Source: Salinisphaera sp.
GTDB lineage: Bacteria; Pseudomonadota; Gammaproteobacteria; Nevskiales; Salinisphaeraceae
Assembly (NCBI GenBank): GCA_027858915.1
Contig: JAQIBT010000147.1
Location: 1,855 to 65,854 of the forward strand
Reading direction: 5' to 3'
DNA: 64,000 nucleotides
Numbering within the stretch: the first letter of the stretch is position 1; the number at the start of each line of letters is the position of its first letter. This document shows, piece after piece, positions 39,745 through 51,679 of this stretch. A program made the position numbers and the translations under genes. The notes under the pieces were generated by a model, which did not search any database, was not told where the DNA came from, and worked only from the letters and a program-made list of their open reading frames with translations.

Positions 39745-40677
39745 TTATTGACTCTTATTCGACTGGCTGGGTTGGCCGGACTGATTCGACTGACCGGATG
39801 GCGTACCAGGCTGCGAACCATTCATTCCGGACTGCTGCTGATCACCGTTCGCCAGTGATGAGTTGGCACCTGACTGTTCCTGTGCGTTGCTGTTCTGCAT
39901 CTGGTTCGAATCCGACTGCTGTCCCTGCTGTTGATTGCCGCCAGAGTTCTGACTCGCCGAGGGTGCGAAGTTCTCAAGCGTTTGCTTGAATGAGTTCATC
40001 GCCCCTGCCGACTGCATGCTGCCCAGCAATACGCCGCTTGGTGTAGCCGAGGCGCCGTATAAGCCGGCGTTGGCCGACTGGTCGAAGGTCAGCTTCGAAC
40101 CCGACAGATCGATACCGGCATAAAGGCCTTTCTGTGACATCACGTAAGCCACAACCGGCGCGGGGGCGTCAGTAATGGCATGGTTATAACCGGACGGCCC
40201 TGCGGTGACCGCAAGCTGTGACCCGAGCTTGATCTTCGACTGCAGCAGTGCATTCACGCTCTGCTTCGTCTCGAATAAAAGAACGACGCTGCTTTTCTGC
40301 GCACCGGCCTGAAGACCGATGCTGCCGCCGCTGAGCGAATAGACCGCCGGGTTTGCTGACTTAAAGCCGCCAGAGTTCTGTCGACACGTCACCAATCCCT
40401 CGCCGTGATGTCCGCCGACGATCAGGCCGGCCTGGATTATGGAAGGGAATACGGCGATGCAGCGCGCGTTGGCGATCAGCTGGTTTGGAATCCGCTTCGC
40501 ATCGGGTTGCGACATTTGCTGCTGCAGCACGGTATTGGCGTTGCGAGCAATAGTTGCCCCTTCGGTGGCAGTGCTTTCTGAGCTGTTCGATCCGCCCATT
40601 CCCCCCATAGTGCTGCAGCCCGCGATCGCAAGCGTGCTCGATGCAATAGCGAAAGTTCGAAATAGTCGTGCCATCAT
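39745..40677 (-). CDS. Ysc84/SYLF lipid-binding domain lipoprotein with Gln/Ser/Gly-rich tail
   Basis: Lipobox LAIAGC, IAVFPSIIQAGLIVGG..GEG, GGSIGLQAGAQ, GLYAGIDLSG; GGAG RBS. Confidence 0.85.
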   Translation of the reverse strand: MMARLFRTFAIASSTLAIAGCSTMGGMGGSNSSESTATEGATIARNANTVLQQQMSQPDAKRIPNQLIANARCIAVFPSIIQAGLIVGGHHGEGLVTCRQNSGGFKSANPAVYSLSGGSIGLQAGAQKSSVVLLFETKQSVNALLQSKIKLGSQLAVTAGPSGYNHAITDAPAPVVAYVMSQKGLYAGIDLSGSKLTFDQSANAGLYGASATPSGVLLGSMQSAGAMNSFKQTLENFAPSASQNSGGNQQQGQQSDSNQMQNSNAQEQSGANSSLANGDQQQSGMNGSQPGTPSGQSNQSGQPSQSNKSQ

Positions 40678-41000
40678 GAATCTCCTGTGTAACGGTTGAA
40701 AGCAACCTTCGAACAAATGCACGAAGCGCTTCTGCCCAGCCTCGCGCGCGGCGGACTCGAAAACAAGGCGGGAATATACGTAGTCGCTCTACCGCAGCTT
40801 AAGCGCCAGGCGATCGGTACGCGGCTTCCTTGACGCACTTGTCCCTGCTTGCCTGTTCTCTCGACGCGCAGGGCAGACGGCTCTTGGCAAGAAAAAAGGC
40901 GTTTTGCTGTTGCATCCAGCATTGCGCCGGCGGTCGTTTATTCACGTTGACAAGCTGTAGAAGCGTCGTCGTGCCGCGCTATACGAACCAGCGGCGTCGC

Positions 41001-41426
41001 CTACTTGGCGAACAACTGGCCCATATCGGCAAACGCCTTGAACTCCAACGCGTTGCCGCAGGGGTCGAACAGGAACATGGTCGCCTGCTCGCCCGGTTCG
41101 CCCTTGAAGCGGATATAGGGCTCAATCACGAACTGCGTGTCTAGGGCGCGCAGGCGCTCGGCCAGCGCTTCCCACTGTGCCCATTCGAGCACGATGCCGA
41201 AATGCGGCACCGGCACGTCGTGACCGTCGACCGCGTTCGTGTGTGCGCTGTCCTGCGAGGCGGTCTTCGGGTGCTCGTGGATGACAAGCTGGTGGCCATA
41301 GAAATCGAAATCGACCCAGTGATCGCTGGAACGGCCTTCGGCCAAACCGAATGTCTCCCCGTAGAAATGTCGCGCGGCCGGCAGGTCGTGCACGGGAATA
41401 GCCAGATGAAACGGGGAAAGCGCCAT
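41001..41426 (-). CDS. VOC/glyoxalase family protein
   Basis: [42 protein letters not shown]. Confidence 0.88.
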   Translation of the reverse strand: MALSPFHLAIPVHDLPAARHFYGETFGLAEGRSSDHWVDFDFYGHQLVIHEHPKTASQDSAHTNAVDGHDVPVPHFGIVLEWAQWEALAERLRALDTQFVIEPYIRFKGEPGEQATMFLFDPCGNALEFKAFADMGQLFAK

Positions 41427-41767
41427 GAGTCTGTCTCCTGTTGATCGGGGTGAGCCATTGAAATCCATCATCGAGCAGAACACAAATCCCGTCAGCAAGC
41501 TGCCCGTCACCGCCAAACCAATTGCTCGCGTCCGATTATTTTCCGATAGTTCGCAGCGATTGGCGCCGGAGGCTTCGCTGTGCGATCCAGCCAGGGCCGG
41601 TTGCCCGTTTCATACGACCCCGCGACGACAACCGGCCCTAATGTTGATAAGCGGATCAAATAAGTTCGGATAAGGCATCCGTATTTTTATTTTTCTCGTA
41701 GGTCACCAAGACCATCCAAAGCTTCGCACGATGGCATAAATAAAAATATCAACTCGAAAGGTGAAAT

Positions 41768-42403
41768 ATGATGTCAAGAAAACTCGTCGTACAGGTTGTT
41801 TCTGGGCTGTGTCTAGCGGCAACCGCTGTCTTCTGCACCCAAGCTGTCGCGGCCGACAGCCAAATGGGCAGCATGGGCTCGGACAACACCATGAGTATGA
41901 GTCATTCTGACAGCATGCCCCCGACCATGGTCGGCGGCCACGCCATGTTGCCGAGCAAGAATATCGTTCAGAATGCAGTCAACTCAAACGATCACACAAC
42001 CTTAGTAGCTGCGGTCAAACAAGCCGGCCTGGTCGAGGCGCTCGAGGGCCCCGGTCCTTATACGGTATTCGCCCCCACGAATGCGGCATTCAACGCCCTG
42101 CCCAAGGGCACCGTCGGCACGCTGATGAAGCCTGCCAACAAGGACAAACTGAAATCCATCCTGCTGTACCACGTAGTCAAGGGTCGTTGGACCTACAAGA
42201 AAATGGTCGGACAGATGCTGAAATCAAACAGCGGACAGCTGAAATTGACGACGTTGAACGGCAACCAGCTGACGGCAAAGTTCAACGGCGATCGCAACAT
42301 CGTGATTGTTGACGACAAGGGCGATGTCGCGCACATCTCTACCTATGACGTCTTTCAATCGAACGGGGTCATTCAGGTCGTAGATCACGTACTGCTACCC
42401 TGA
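41768..42403 (+). CDS. Secreted fasciclin (FAS1) domain protein
   Basis: Signal peptide, HTTLVAAVKQAGLVEAL.GPGPYTVFAPTNAAF, LLYHVV, SNGVIQVVDHVLLP. Confidence 0.92.
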   Translation: MMSRKLVVQVVSGLCLAATAVFCTQAVAADSQMGSMGSDNTMSMSHSDSMPPTMVGGHAMLPSKNIVQNAVNSNDHTTLVAAVKQAGLVEALEGPGPYTVFAPTNAAFNALPKGTVGTLMKPANKDKLKSILLYHVVKGRWTYKKMVGQMLKSNSGQLKLTTLNGNQLTAKFNGDRNIVIVDDKGDVAHISTYDVFQSNGVIQVVDHVLLP

Positions 42404-42424
42404 TATTCATTCCTGACGTCTCTG

Positions 42425-42449
42425 CGGGCCGGCGTCTTTAGCCGGCCCG
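42425..42449. terminator. Hairpin between convergent fasciclin and DUF3144-like genes
   Basis: Perfect 9-bp stem cgggccggc/gccggcccg. Confidence 0.45.
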
Positions 42450-42602
42450 TTTCCGAGACTCGGCGTTGCACCGCTATCTTCGGATACGCGATCGCCTACC
42501 GGCACGCATGCTGCGCCGCAACAGTGACGAGAATAACCGGGCTTCGGCGCCATCGCCGAACTCGTGGTGCTTGATCGCCTTCCAGCATGCACGGTGCCGC
42601 AG

Positions 42603-42911
42603 CTACGGCTCGGGCGTCGACCCATCGCGGCGGGTATACCGATTAAAATGCTTGAGGCACTCGTCGATATGGTCCTCGAACATCTTCCGATACTGCGAAG
42701 TGAAATACTCGACGGCATGCGCTCGCTGCGCGGCCAACTCTTCGGCATCGCCCGAGCCGGCTGCCACCTGAAATGCGTTGAAACGCGCGGTCGCATACAT
42801 CGCCGACGCGCTCACCTGCCCGGTCGGCACCTCGTTTGCCTGCCGGTTCAACACGTCGATTACCGTGTCAGCCCGTGCACGAAATTCCGGGGAGAGACCC
42901 TGTTCGCTCAT
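42603..42911 (-). CDS. DUF3144-like small protein
   Basis: F..RAD..I...N.Q...GQVSASAMYATARFNAF..EYFTSQYRKMFEDH pattern. Confidence 0.75.
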   Translation of the reverse strand: MSEQGLSPEFRARADTVIDVLNRQANEVPTGQVSASAMYATARFNAFQVAAGSGDAEELAAQRAHAVEYFTSQYRKMFEDHIDECLKHFNRYTRRDGSTPEP

Positions 42912-43155
42912 GTGTCCTTCTCTAATCAGTCACGATAAAGCACGCAGGATATACAAATCAGGCGGGCGTGTTGCCATTTCATACGACGCCGCGCCGGCTG
43001 AAGCATCGCGAAAGCGAGGCCAAATACGGTATTCGAAAATACAGCACGCGAAGCGGTCTGCAGATCGTGAAATACAGATATCCGTAGCGCGCCCCATATT
43101 ATCCGCTGGCGCATCAACCCGACACCTGACCGAACCTTACAGTTAACAACACGCG

Positions 43156-45351
43156 CTAGATTGGTACGAGCACAACAGCAGCCAGCGGCGGCAGCGTCAG
43201 GGCGATCGAGTGATCCAGGCCGTGAGCCGGCGTTGGCGACGTTTTGACAGTGTCGGCCGGGCCGGCACCGCTACCGCCATAGCGCGCCGCATCGGTATTC
43301 ATGACTACCCGATAGCCCTGCGGCGCCGGCGGCACGCCGATGTCGTAGTCGTAGCGGACTGTCGGCGTGAGATTGAACACGCAGACGGCGATATCTGCTG
43401 CGCCCGGGCCGAGCCGGCGAAACGACATCACGCTCTGGGCGTGATCCTGATGGTCGATCCAGGCAAAGCCGCTCGGATCGCAGTCGCCGTGGTGGAGCGC
43501 GGGCACGTCGCGATACAGTTGATTGAGATCGGCAACCAGCGCGGCCACGCCGGCATGAGAGTCGGCGTCGAGCAGCGCCCAATCGAGCCCGGCGTCGTGG
43601 TCCCATTCGCGCTCCTGCGCGAATTCGTCGCCCATGAACAACAGCTTCTTGCCCGGATGGGTGTACATGAATCCGTAGTAAACGCGCAGGTTGGCAAAAC
43701 GCTGCCAGTCGTCGCCGGGCATACGGCCCAGAATCGAGCCCTTGCCGTGGACGACTTCGTCATGCGAGAGCGGCAGGATGAAGTTTTCGTCGAACGCATA
43801 GACCAGGCTGAAAGTGATCTCGTTCTGATGGTGGGCGCGATACACCGGATCCAGCGTCATGTAATCCAGCGAATCGTTCATCCAGCCCATATTCCACTTG
43901 TAGTGAAAGCCCAGGCCATCGTCTTCCGGCGGTTGAGTCACGCCCGGCCAGGCGGTGGATTCCTCGGCCACCATCATGGCACCCGGCCGCTCGGTGCCGA
44001 TGACGCGATTGAGCTCGCGCAGGAAAGCAATGGCTTCTAGATTTTCGTTGCCGCCGTGTCGGTTGGGCACCCAGTCGCCAGCTTCGCGACTGTAGTCGAG
44101 ATAGAGCATGGAGGCCACGGCGTCTACCCGCAGGCCATCGATATCGAAGCGCTCGAGCCAGTAGAGTGCATTGCCGATCAGATAGTTGCGAACCTCATGG
44201 CGGCCATAGTTGAAGATCAACGTATCCCAATCGCGATGAAAGCCCTGGCGCGGATCGGCGTGCTCGTAGAGATGGGTGCCGTCAAAGCCGCCCAGACCAT
44301 GGTCGTCGGTGGGAAAATGGCCTGGAACCCAGTCCATCAGCACGCCGATACCGGCTTCGTGGCAACGATCGACCAGTTCGCGAAACGCCTCGGGCGAGCC
44401 AAAACGCCGGGTGGGTGCATACAGACCGACCGGTTGGTAGCCCCAGGAGCCGTCGAACGGATATTCCGAGATCGGCAGCAGCTCGATATGAGTGAACCCC
44501 ATATCCAGCACATAGGGCACGAGCCGGTCAGCGATCTCGCGGTAGTCCAGATAGCGGCTCGCCTGATCTTCCGGGCGCATCCAGGAGCCTAAATGCACCT
44601 CATAGAACGAGATCGCGGCATCGCGGGCGTTGGCTTTCGCGCGTGCCCCGTCGATCGGCGCTGCAGATGGCGGCAACTGGGCGACGATCGAGGCCCGCGC
44701 CGGGCGCAACTCGGCGGCGAAACCATAAGGATCGGCCTTGAGCGGCAGCAGCGTGCCATCAGCACCGACAATCTCGTACTGATAGCGCTCGCCCAGGCCG
44801 ATATCCGGCACGAATAGTTCCCACAGGCCGTTGCCGTGGCGAAACCGCATGGGGTGACGACGGCCGTCCCAGAGGTTGAAATCGCCGACCACGCTGACGC
44901 GCCGTGCCCCCGGCGCCCAGACCGCGAACGCCACGCCGACCACGCCGTCCAACGTGCGTGGATGCGCGCCCAGGCGCTCGAAGGGGCGTCGATGGGTGCC
45001 CTCGCCGAGCAGCCAGAGATCGTAGTCCGACAGCACGGGGCCAAAGCGATAAGTATCCTCGAACTCGGCGACATCATCATTCCAGCGCACGCGATACCGA
45101 TAGCGCGTATCGATATCGGCGTGTTCAATCCGGCCCTCGAACAGACCGTCGTCGTGGGCGCGCTCGAGTTCAGCCAACGCATCGCCGGTTTCGGCATCAA
45201 TCGCTGTCACCGCGTCGGCGTCGGGGAACAAGGCGCGCACGATCAGCCCGTTGCCTGCGACACGTGGGCCTAGCACCGAGAATGGGTCTTCGTGACGTGC
45301 CTCGATCAGCGCTTGAATATGATCACGAGAAAGCCGTTCGCTCGAGTTCAT
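43156..45351 (-). CDS. glgB: 1,4-alpha-glucan branching enzyme
   Basis: FAVWAP, YEVHLGSW, SWGYQP, DWVPGHF, GLRVDAVASM, AEEST, LPLSHDEVVHGK. Confidence 0.97.
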   Translation of the reverse strand: MNSSERLSRDHIQALIEARHEDPFSVLGPRVAGNGLIVRALFPDADAVTAIDAETGDALAELERAHDDGLFEGRIEHADIDTRYRYRVRWNDDVAEFEDTYRFGPVLSDYDLWLLGEGTHRRPFERLGAHPRTLDGVVGVAFAVWAPGARRVSVVGDFNLWDGRRHPMRFRHGNGLWELFVPDIGLGERYQYEIVGADGTLLPLKADPYGFAAELRPARASIVAQLPPSAAPIDGARAKANARDAAISFYEVHLGSWMRPEDQASRYLDYREIADRLVPYVLDMGFTHIELLPISEYPFDGSWGYQPVGLYAPTRRFGSPEAFRELVDRCHEAGIGVLMDWVPGHFPTDDHGLGGFDGTHLYEHADPRQGFHRDWDTLIFNYGRHEVRNYLIGNALYWLERFDIDGLRVDAVASMLYLDYSREAGDWVPNRHGGNENLEAIAFLRELNRVIGTERPGAMMVAEESTAWPGVTQPPEDDGLGFHYKWNMGWMNDSLDYMTLDPVYRAHHQNEITFSLVYAFDENFILPLSHDEVVHGKGSILGRMPGDDWQRFANLRVYYGFMYTHPGKKLLFMGDEFAQEREWDHDAGLDWALLDADSHAGVAALVADLNQLYRDVPALHHGDCDPSGFAWIDHQDHAQSVMSFRRLGPGAADIAVCVFNLTPTVRYDYDIGVPPAPQGYRVVMNTDAARYGGSGAGPADTVKTSPTPAHGLDHSIALTLPPLAAVVLVPI

Positions 45352-45473
45352 GGCGTGTCTCCGTTATGGGATGCGACCGCGATCCGACCCGAAAGGCCGT
45401 GGGCGCGGGCCACTTTTTTGCTGGAAAAACCAGACAGGCGCGTCATCGCCAGTTGCCAGATGTCGGGGCTGGC

Positions 45474-46934
45474 TCACAAAGCCGTCTGCTCGGCGGGCAG
45501 GAGCGAGCGATAGAGCTCGATATAGCGCGCAGCCGAGCGTTGCCAGCTGAAGTCTGCGCGCATGGCGCTCTCGCTTACGGTCTGTCGATCTTTCTCACAG
45601 CGATACAGCGCAATCGCACGCCTCAGCGCCTCGTCCATGGCCTCTGGCGTGACATCGGCCAATACGATGCCGGTTGCGCGACCGTCGGCGACGGATTGTT
45701 CTGTGGCGTCGATCACTGTATCGGCGAGGCCGCCGACCTGCGTCACCACGGGCAGCGTGCCGTAACGCAGGCCGTAGAGCTGGGTCAGCCCGCAGGGCTC
45801 GTAGCGCGACGGCACAAGAATGAAATCGGCGGACCCGATCAGGCGATGCGACAAGGCCTCGTCGTAGCCAATGGTTACTGACACGCGCTGTGGATAGCGC
45901 GCGGCCGCGTCTTCCAGGGCGGCCTCGATCGTCGGCTCACCGCTGCCCAGCAGCGCCAACTGCCCGCCGGCCGCGATCAACGCGTCCAGACCGGCCACCA
46001 CCAGATCGATGCCTTTCTGCTCGGTCAGCCGGCTGACCAGGCAGAACAGCGGCGCATCGGGCTCGTCTGCAAGGCCTAGCGCGCGTTGCAGCGCAGCCTT
46101 GTTGCGCGCCTTGGGCCGGGGATGGTCGACGTCGTAGTGTGCCGCCAGCTCGGTATCGGTCGCCGGATTCCAGACATCGACGTCGACCCCGTTGAGAATA
46201 CCCACCAGTTCTCCGGCCTCGCCGCGCCCGGCCAGCAGACCTTCCAGACCGACGCCGGCCGGGGCGGACTGGATCTCGGTGGCGTAGGTCGGACTGACTG
46301 TGGTCAACCGGTCGGCGTAGTACAGGCCGGCCTTCATGAAGCTGGCCTGGCCGTGGAACTCGATGCCGTCGACGTTAAAACAACGCGACGGCAGGCCCAG
46401 TTCCGGGGCCTGCTCGGCCGGCACCAGGCCCTGGAACGCCAGATTGTGCACCGTGAACACGCTGGCCGCCCGCGGCGCGCCGGCCAGCGCCTGCCAGGCC
46501 GGCACCAGACCGGCGTGCCAATCGTGGGCATGCACGACATCGGGCTGCCAGTCGTCGTGCTGGAACCGCGCGGCCGCCCAGCCGAGCAAGGCAAAACGAC
46601 GATGATTATCCGAATAATCCTGCTGGTTCTCGTCCAGATACGGATTGCCGGGCCGATCGAACAGGCCAGGCGCATCAAGTACATACGCCGGCACGCCGGA
46701 ATCGGCCAGACGGCCGGCGAGCACACGCGCCTCGGTGGCGCCGAACGCATCGCCCAGATCGAGGATAGGCTCGGCGTCTGTCAGCCCGTCGAGTATGCCC
46801 GGCAGGCCAGGCAGAAAAAGACGCGCGTCGACGCCGGCGCGAATCAGCGCCGGCGGCAGCGCGCCTACCACGTCAGCGAGCCCGCCGGTCTTGACCCACG
46901 GATAGACCTCGGTGGCCACGTGCAGCACACGCAT
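45474..46934 (-). CDS. glgA: Glycogen synthase
   Basis: KTGGLADV, HAHDWH, TVHNLAFQG, SRLTEQKG, PSRYEPCGLTQ. Confidence 0.97.
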   Translation of the reverse strand: MRVLHVATEVYPWVKTGGLADVVGALPPALIRAGVDARLFLPGLPGILDGLTDAEPILDLGDAFGATEARVLAGRLADSGVPAYVLDAPGLFDRPGNPYLDENQQDYSDNHRRFALLGWAAARFQHDDWQPDVVHAHDWHAGLVPAWQALAGAPRAASVFTVHNLAFQGLVPAEQAPELGLPSRCFNVDGIEFHGQASFMKAGLYYADRLTTVSPTYATEIQSAPAGVGLEGLLAGRGEAGELVGILNGVDVDVWNPATDTELAAHYDVDHPRPKARNKAALQRALGLADEPDAPLFCLVSRLTEQKGIDLVVAGLDALIAAGGQLALLGSGEPTIEAALEDAAARYPQRVSVTIGYDEALSHRLIGSADFILVPSRYEPCGLTQLYGLRYGTLPVVTQVGGLADTVIDATEQSVADGRATGIVLADVTPEAMDEALRRAIALYRCEKDRQTVSESAMRADFSWQRSAARYIELYRSLLPAEQTAL

Positions 46935-48203
46935 TTATCGGCGCCCTGCGGCTTCGGCCAGTGCTGCCAGCATGGGCCGGGTCACCAGCGTCACGCCGTT
47001 GTCCGTGCGCTCGAAACGGGCCCGGTCGTCGTCTGCGTCGTCGCCAATGATCATGCCCGGCGGAATACGACAACCGCGATCAATCACTACGCGCTTGAGT
47101 TTCGATCCCTTGCCGATCTGGACGTCAGGCAGGAGCACGGCTTCATCGAGACTGCTGTCGGTATGCACCACGCATTCAGAAAACAGTACGGAACTGCGGA
47201 TAGAGGAGCCGGTGACGATACAGCCGGCACTGAACACCGAGTGCTGGATCTTTTCGTTGAGCACGAACTTGGCCGATGGCAACTGTTGCTGATAGGTCCA
47301 GATCGGCCAGTTTCGATCATAGAGATTCAGCGACGGCGTGATTTCAGTGAGATCCAGATTTGCCGACCAGTAGGCGTCAATCGTGCCCACGTCGCGCCAG
47401 TAGGGCTCTTCATCCGGCTGACAGCCCACGCAGGAACGCGAGAACGGATGCGCATGGGCATGACCGTCGGCGACCAGGCGCGGGATGATGTTGTGGCCAA
47501 AGTCATGCGCGGATTCGGGATCGGCCACGTCGCGGGCCAGCTCGCCGTAGAGAAATTCGGCGTTGAATACATAAATGCCCATGCTGGCCAGTGCGCGATC
47601 CGGGTTTCCGGGCATGCTCGGCGGCTCGGCCGGTTTTTCCACGAAATCCACAATCTTCAGATCGTCGTCGACCGCCATCACGCCAAAAGCGGTTGCCTCG
47701 GCCAGCGGGGCCTCGATACAGCCCACGGTGCACTCGGCGCCGCTGGCCGCGTGATCAGCCAGCAACCGCGAATAATCCATCTTGTAGATATGATCGCCGG
47801 CCAGAACAACGATGTATTCCGGATCGTGCGAGCGCAGGATGTCCAGGTTCTGGAACACGGCGTCTGCGGTGCCGCGATACCAGGTGTCCTCGTCCACGCG
47901 CTGCTGAGCCGGCAGCAGATCGACGAACTCATTGATCTCGGCGCGCAGGAAATTCCAGCCGTGCTGCAGATGACGCAGCAGGCTGTGCGACTTGTACTGG
48001 GTGACCACGCCGATCCGACGAATGCCCGAGTTGAGGCAGTTGGACAACGCGAAATCGATGATGCGGTACTTGCCACCAAAATAAACGCCCGGCTTGGCGC
48101 GTTTGTCGGTGAGTTGCTTGAGCCGGCTGCCCCGGCCGCCGGCGAGTACCAGCGCCATCGACCGGCGCGTGAGCTCGTGCGAAGAATGGGGATCATATGT
48201 CAT
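46935..48203 (-). CDS. glgC: Glucose-1-phosphate adenylyltransferase
   Basis: [51 protein letters not shown]. Start set at ATG 48203 (GGAG RBS). Confidence 0.97.
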   Translation of the reverse strand: MTYDPHSSHELTRRSMALVLAGGRGSRLKQLTDKRAKPGVYFGGKYRIIDFALSNCLNSGIRRIGVVTQYKSHSLLRHLQHGWNFLRAEINEFVDLLPAQQRVDEDTWYRGTADAVFQNLDILRSHDPEYIVVLAGDHIYKMDYSRLLADHAASGAECTVGCIEAPLAEATAFGVMAVDDDLKIVDFVEKPAEPPSMPGNPDRALASMGIYVFNAEFLYGELARDVADPESAHDFGHNIIPRLVADGHAHAHPFSRSCVGCQPDEEPYWRDVGTIDAYWSANLDLTEITPSLNLYDRNWPIWTYQQQLPSAKFVLNEKIQHSVFSAGCIVTGSSIRSSVLFSECVVHTDSSLDEAVLLPDVQIGKGSKLKRVVIDRGCRIPPGMIIGDDADDDRARFERTDNGVTLVTRPMLAALAEAAGRR

Positions 48204-48277
48204 GTCTGACTCTCCTCGTCTGTGCGGCGGCCTTGCTTGATTGTGTTCGATGCGTTTGTCGACCGCTGCGGATTGGT

Positions 48278-49882
<1,605 letters not shown>

Positions 49883-51664
49883 CTAGCTGCGCTCATGGCC
49901 ACGCCAACTCTTGAGAAGTTCGGGGTAGGCGACGGTCTTGCCGCTGCCTTCCTCATCGGCGAGCTTCGGTTTCGGCGCGCCCGGGCGATCGAGCCAGATT
50001 TGTGGATCGATGGCGTCGTTGAGCCGCGGCTCGCAGCGTTTCATCCTCTCGTATTGCCCAAGGCGTGCCAGCATGGCGTCCTGAGATTCTGCCAGGTTGT
50101 CCATCACCTCCTGCGGTGTTCCCTGGCCAGTCCGCGCGCTCGCAATCCGCGTCCACCAGAGCTGGGCGAGCCGGCTATAGTCGGGTACCCCGGAACCGGT
50201 CGGCGTATATTTGTGACGCTCTGGGCTGCGATAGAAATCGAACAGGCCGCCGGGTTGAGGCGTGACCTGCTTGAGCGCCTCGGAATTGAGAACGCTTTCG
50301 CGGATCGGTGTGTAGCCGGCCAGAAGCTTTTTAAGAGCCACGCTTTTGCAAGTGGTGAACTGCGCGTAAAGCCAGGCCGCCTGGCGTTGTTTGACCGGCG
50401 TACTGTTCAGAAGCGTCCAGGAACTGCAGTCCTGATAACCCTCTTTCATCCCCGGCTCCCAGTAAACACCGTGCGGCGCCGGTGCGACCCGCCATTTGGG
50501 CGTGCCGTCAGCGTTCATAACCGGCAGACCCGGTTTCAGCAGGTCCGATACGAACGCGGAATACCAGAACACCTGCTGCGCGATATGGCCTTGGCCGGGC
50601 ACCGGCCCCGCGCTGCGGAAATTCATGTTCATTGCTTCTGGAGGCGCGTATTTGCTGACCCACTCCAGATATTTGCGCAGCGCATAGACGGCGGCCGGAC
50701 TGTTGGTCGCGCCGCCTCGGGCCACGCTCGAACCCACGGCATGGCAGTCCTCGACGCGGATGCCCCAGTCGTTGACCGGGCGGCCGTTGGGCAGTCCGGG
50801 ACTGCCGGCGCCAGCCATGGCCAGCCAGGAATCATGCATCCGCCAGCCAAGCGCCGGCGATCGACCGGCGTAGTCCATATGGCCGTAGACGCGCTCGCCG
50901 TCGATCTGCTTGACGTGGTTGGTAAAGAAATCCGCGATGTCTTCGTAGGCCTTCCAGTTGACGGGCACGCCAAGCTCATAGCCGTAGCGCTGGTGAAAAG
51001 CGTCCTGCAGATCGCGCCGGCTGAACCAATCGTGTCGGAACCAGTACAGGGTCGCGAACTGGGTGTCGGGCAACTGATAGAGATCGCCATTGGGTGCGGT
51101 AGTGAACGCCTTGCCGATGAAATCATCGACATCCAGCGTCGGCAGTGTGAAATCACCGCCGTCGCCGTTCATCCAATGGTTGAGTGGCGTGGCGGTTTCG
51201 TAGCGATAATGGGTTCCGATAAAATCCGAGTCGTTGACATAGGCATCGTAGAAATTACGACCGGTGCGCATCTGCTTGAGCAGGCGACGCACCAACTCAC
51301 CTTCGCGGATTACGTCGTGCTGCACACGAATACCGGTCAGGTCGTAAAACGCGCGGGCCAGGATCCGCGATTCGTAAACATGCGTGGGAATGTCTTCGGA
51401 GACCACAAATATACGCTGGCCCCGAAAAGGTCGGGATGCGTTGATGAAAAACGCCATCTCCTGCATCTGCTCGTCGGTGGACAAAGTCGACGGTTTGAAC
51501 TCGCGGGTCACCCAGCGATGCGCGGCGCGCAGGCGCGCCGGATTGGCCTGAGGCGCGGCATTGAGCCGGCCCGCGGCGGCCGCTAATCCGAGCGCGGCGC
51601 CGCCGGCGAGAAACGCACGCCGGGTAACGCCTGGTCCGGCCTTGGGGTTGGATTCGCGACTCAT
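49883..51664 (-). CDS. Tat-exported ABC-type solute-binding protein of the glycerol ABC transporter SBP family (GlpV-like)
   Basis: Twin-arginine TRRAFL signal; EFKPSTLS, YVNDSDFIGTH, LYQLPD.QF, LGVPVNW.AYEDIA, GIAQQ-like QGHIAQQVFWY, VPDY.RLAQLWW. Confidence 0.8.
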   Translation of the reverse strand: MSRESNPKAGPGVTRRAFLAGGAALGLAAAAGRLNAAPQANPARLRAAHRWVTREFKPSTLSTDEQMQEMAFFINASRPFRGQRIFVVSEDIPTHVYESRILARAFYDLTGIRVQHDVIREGELVRRLLKQMRTGRNFYDAYVNDSDFIGTHYRYETATPLNHWMNGDGGDFTLPTLDVDDFIGKAFTTAPNGDLYQLPDTQFATLYWFRHDWFSRRDLQDAFHQRYGYELGVPVNWKAYEDIADFFTNHVKQIDGERVYGHMDYAGRSPALGWRMHDSWLAMAGAGSPGLPNGRPVNDWGIRVEDCHAVGSSVARGGATNSPAAVYALRKYLEWVSKYAPPEAMNMNFRSAGPVPGQGHIAQQVFWYSAFVSDLLKPGLPVMNADGTPKWRVAPAPHGVYWEPGMKEGYQDCSSWTLLNSTPVKQRQAAWLYAQFTTCKSVALKKLLAGYTPIRESVLNSEALKQVTPQPGGLFDFYRSPERHKYTPTGSGVPDYSRLAQLWWTRIASARTGQGTPQEVMDNLAESQDAMLARLGQYERMKRCEPRLNDAIDPQIWLDRPGAPKPKLADEEGSGKTVAYPELLKSWRGHERS

Positions 51665-51679
51665 GGCTTGTCTCGCGGC

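Noticed and set aside
42964-42979. gggcgtgttgccattt, 14/16 similar to the MITE terminus
   Set aside because: It has two mismatches, no partner inverted repeat and no CTAG, so it is compatible with chance.
47200-47290. GlgC loop [11 protein letters not shown] is a few residues shorter than in E. coli-type enzymes, a possible fourth deletion
   Set aside because: This loop varies in length among GlgC proteins and the frame is intact, so it cannot be called a lesion without an alignment.
46086-48209. 707-aa plus-strand ORF, and other long antisense ORFs over fadA, clpX, tig, lon, rnhA/dnaQ and the SBP
   Set aside because: These are shadow ORFs antisense to well-supported genes, expected from GC-rich codon bias, and they carry no recognizable motifs.
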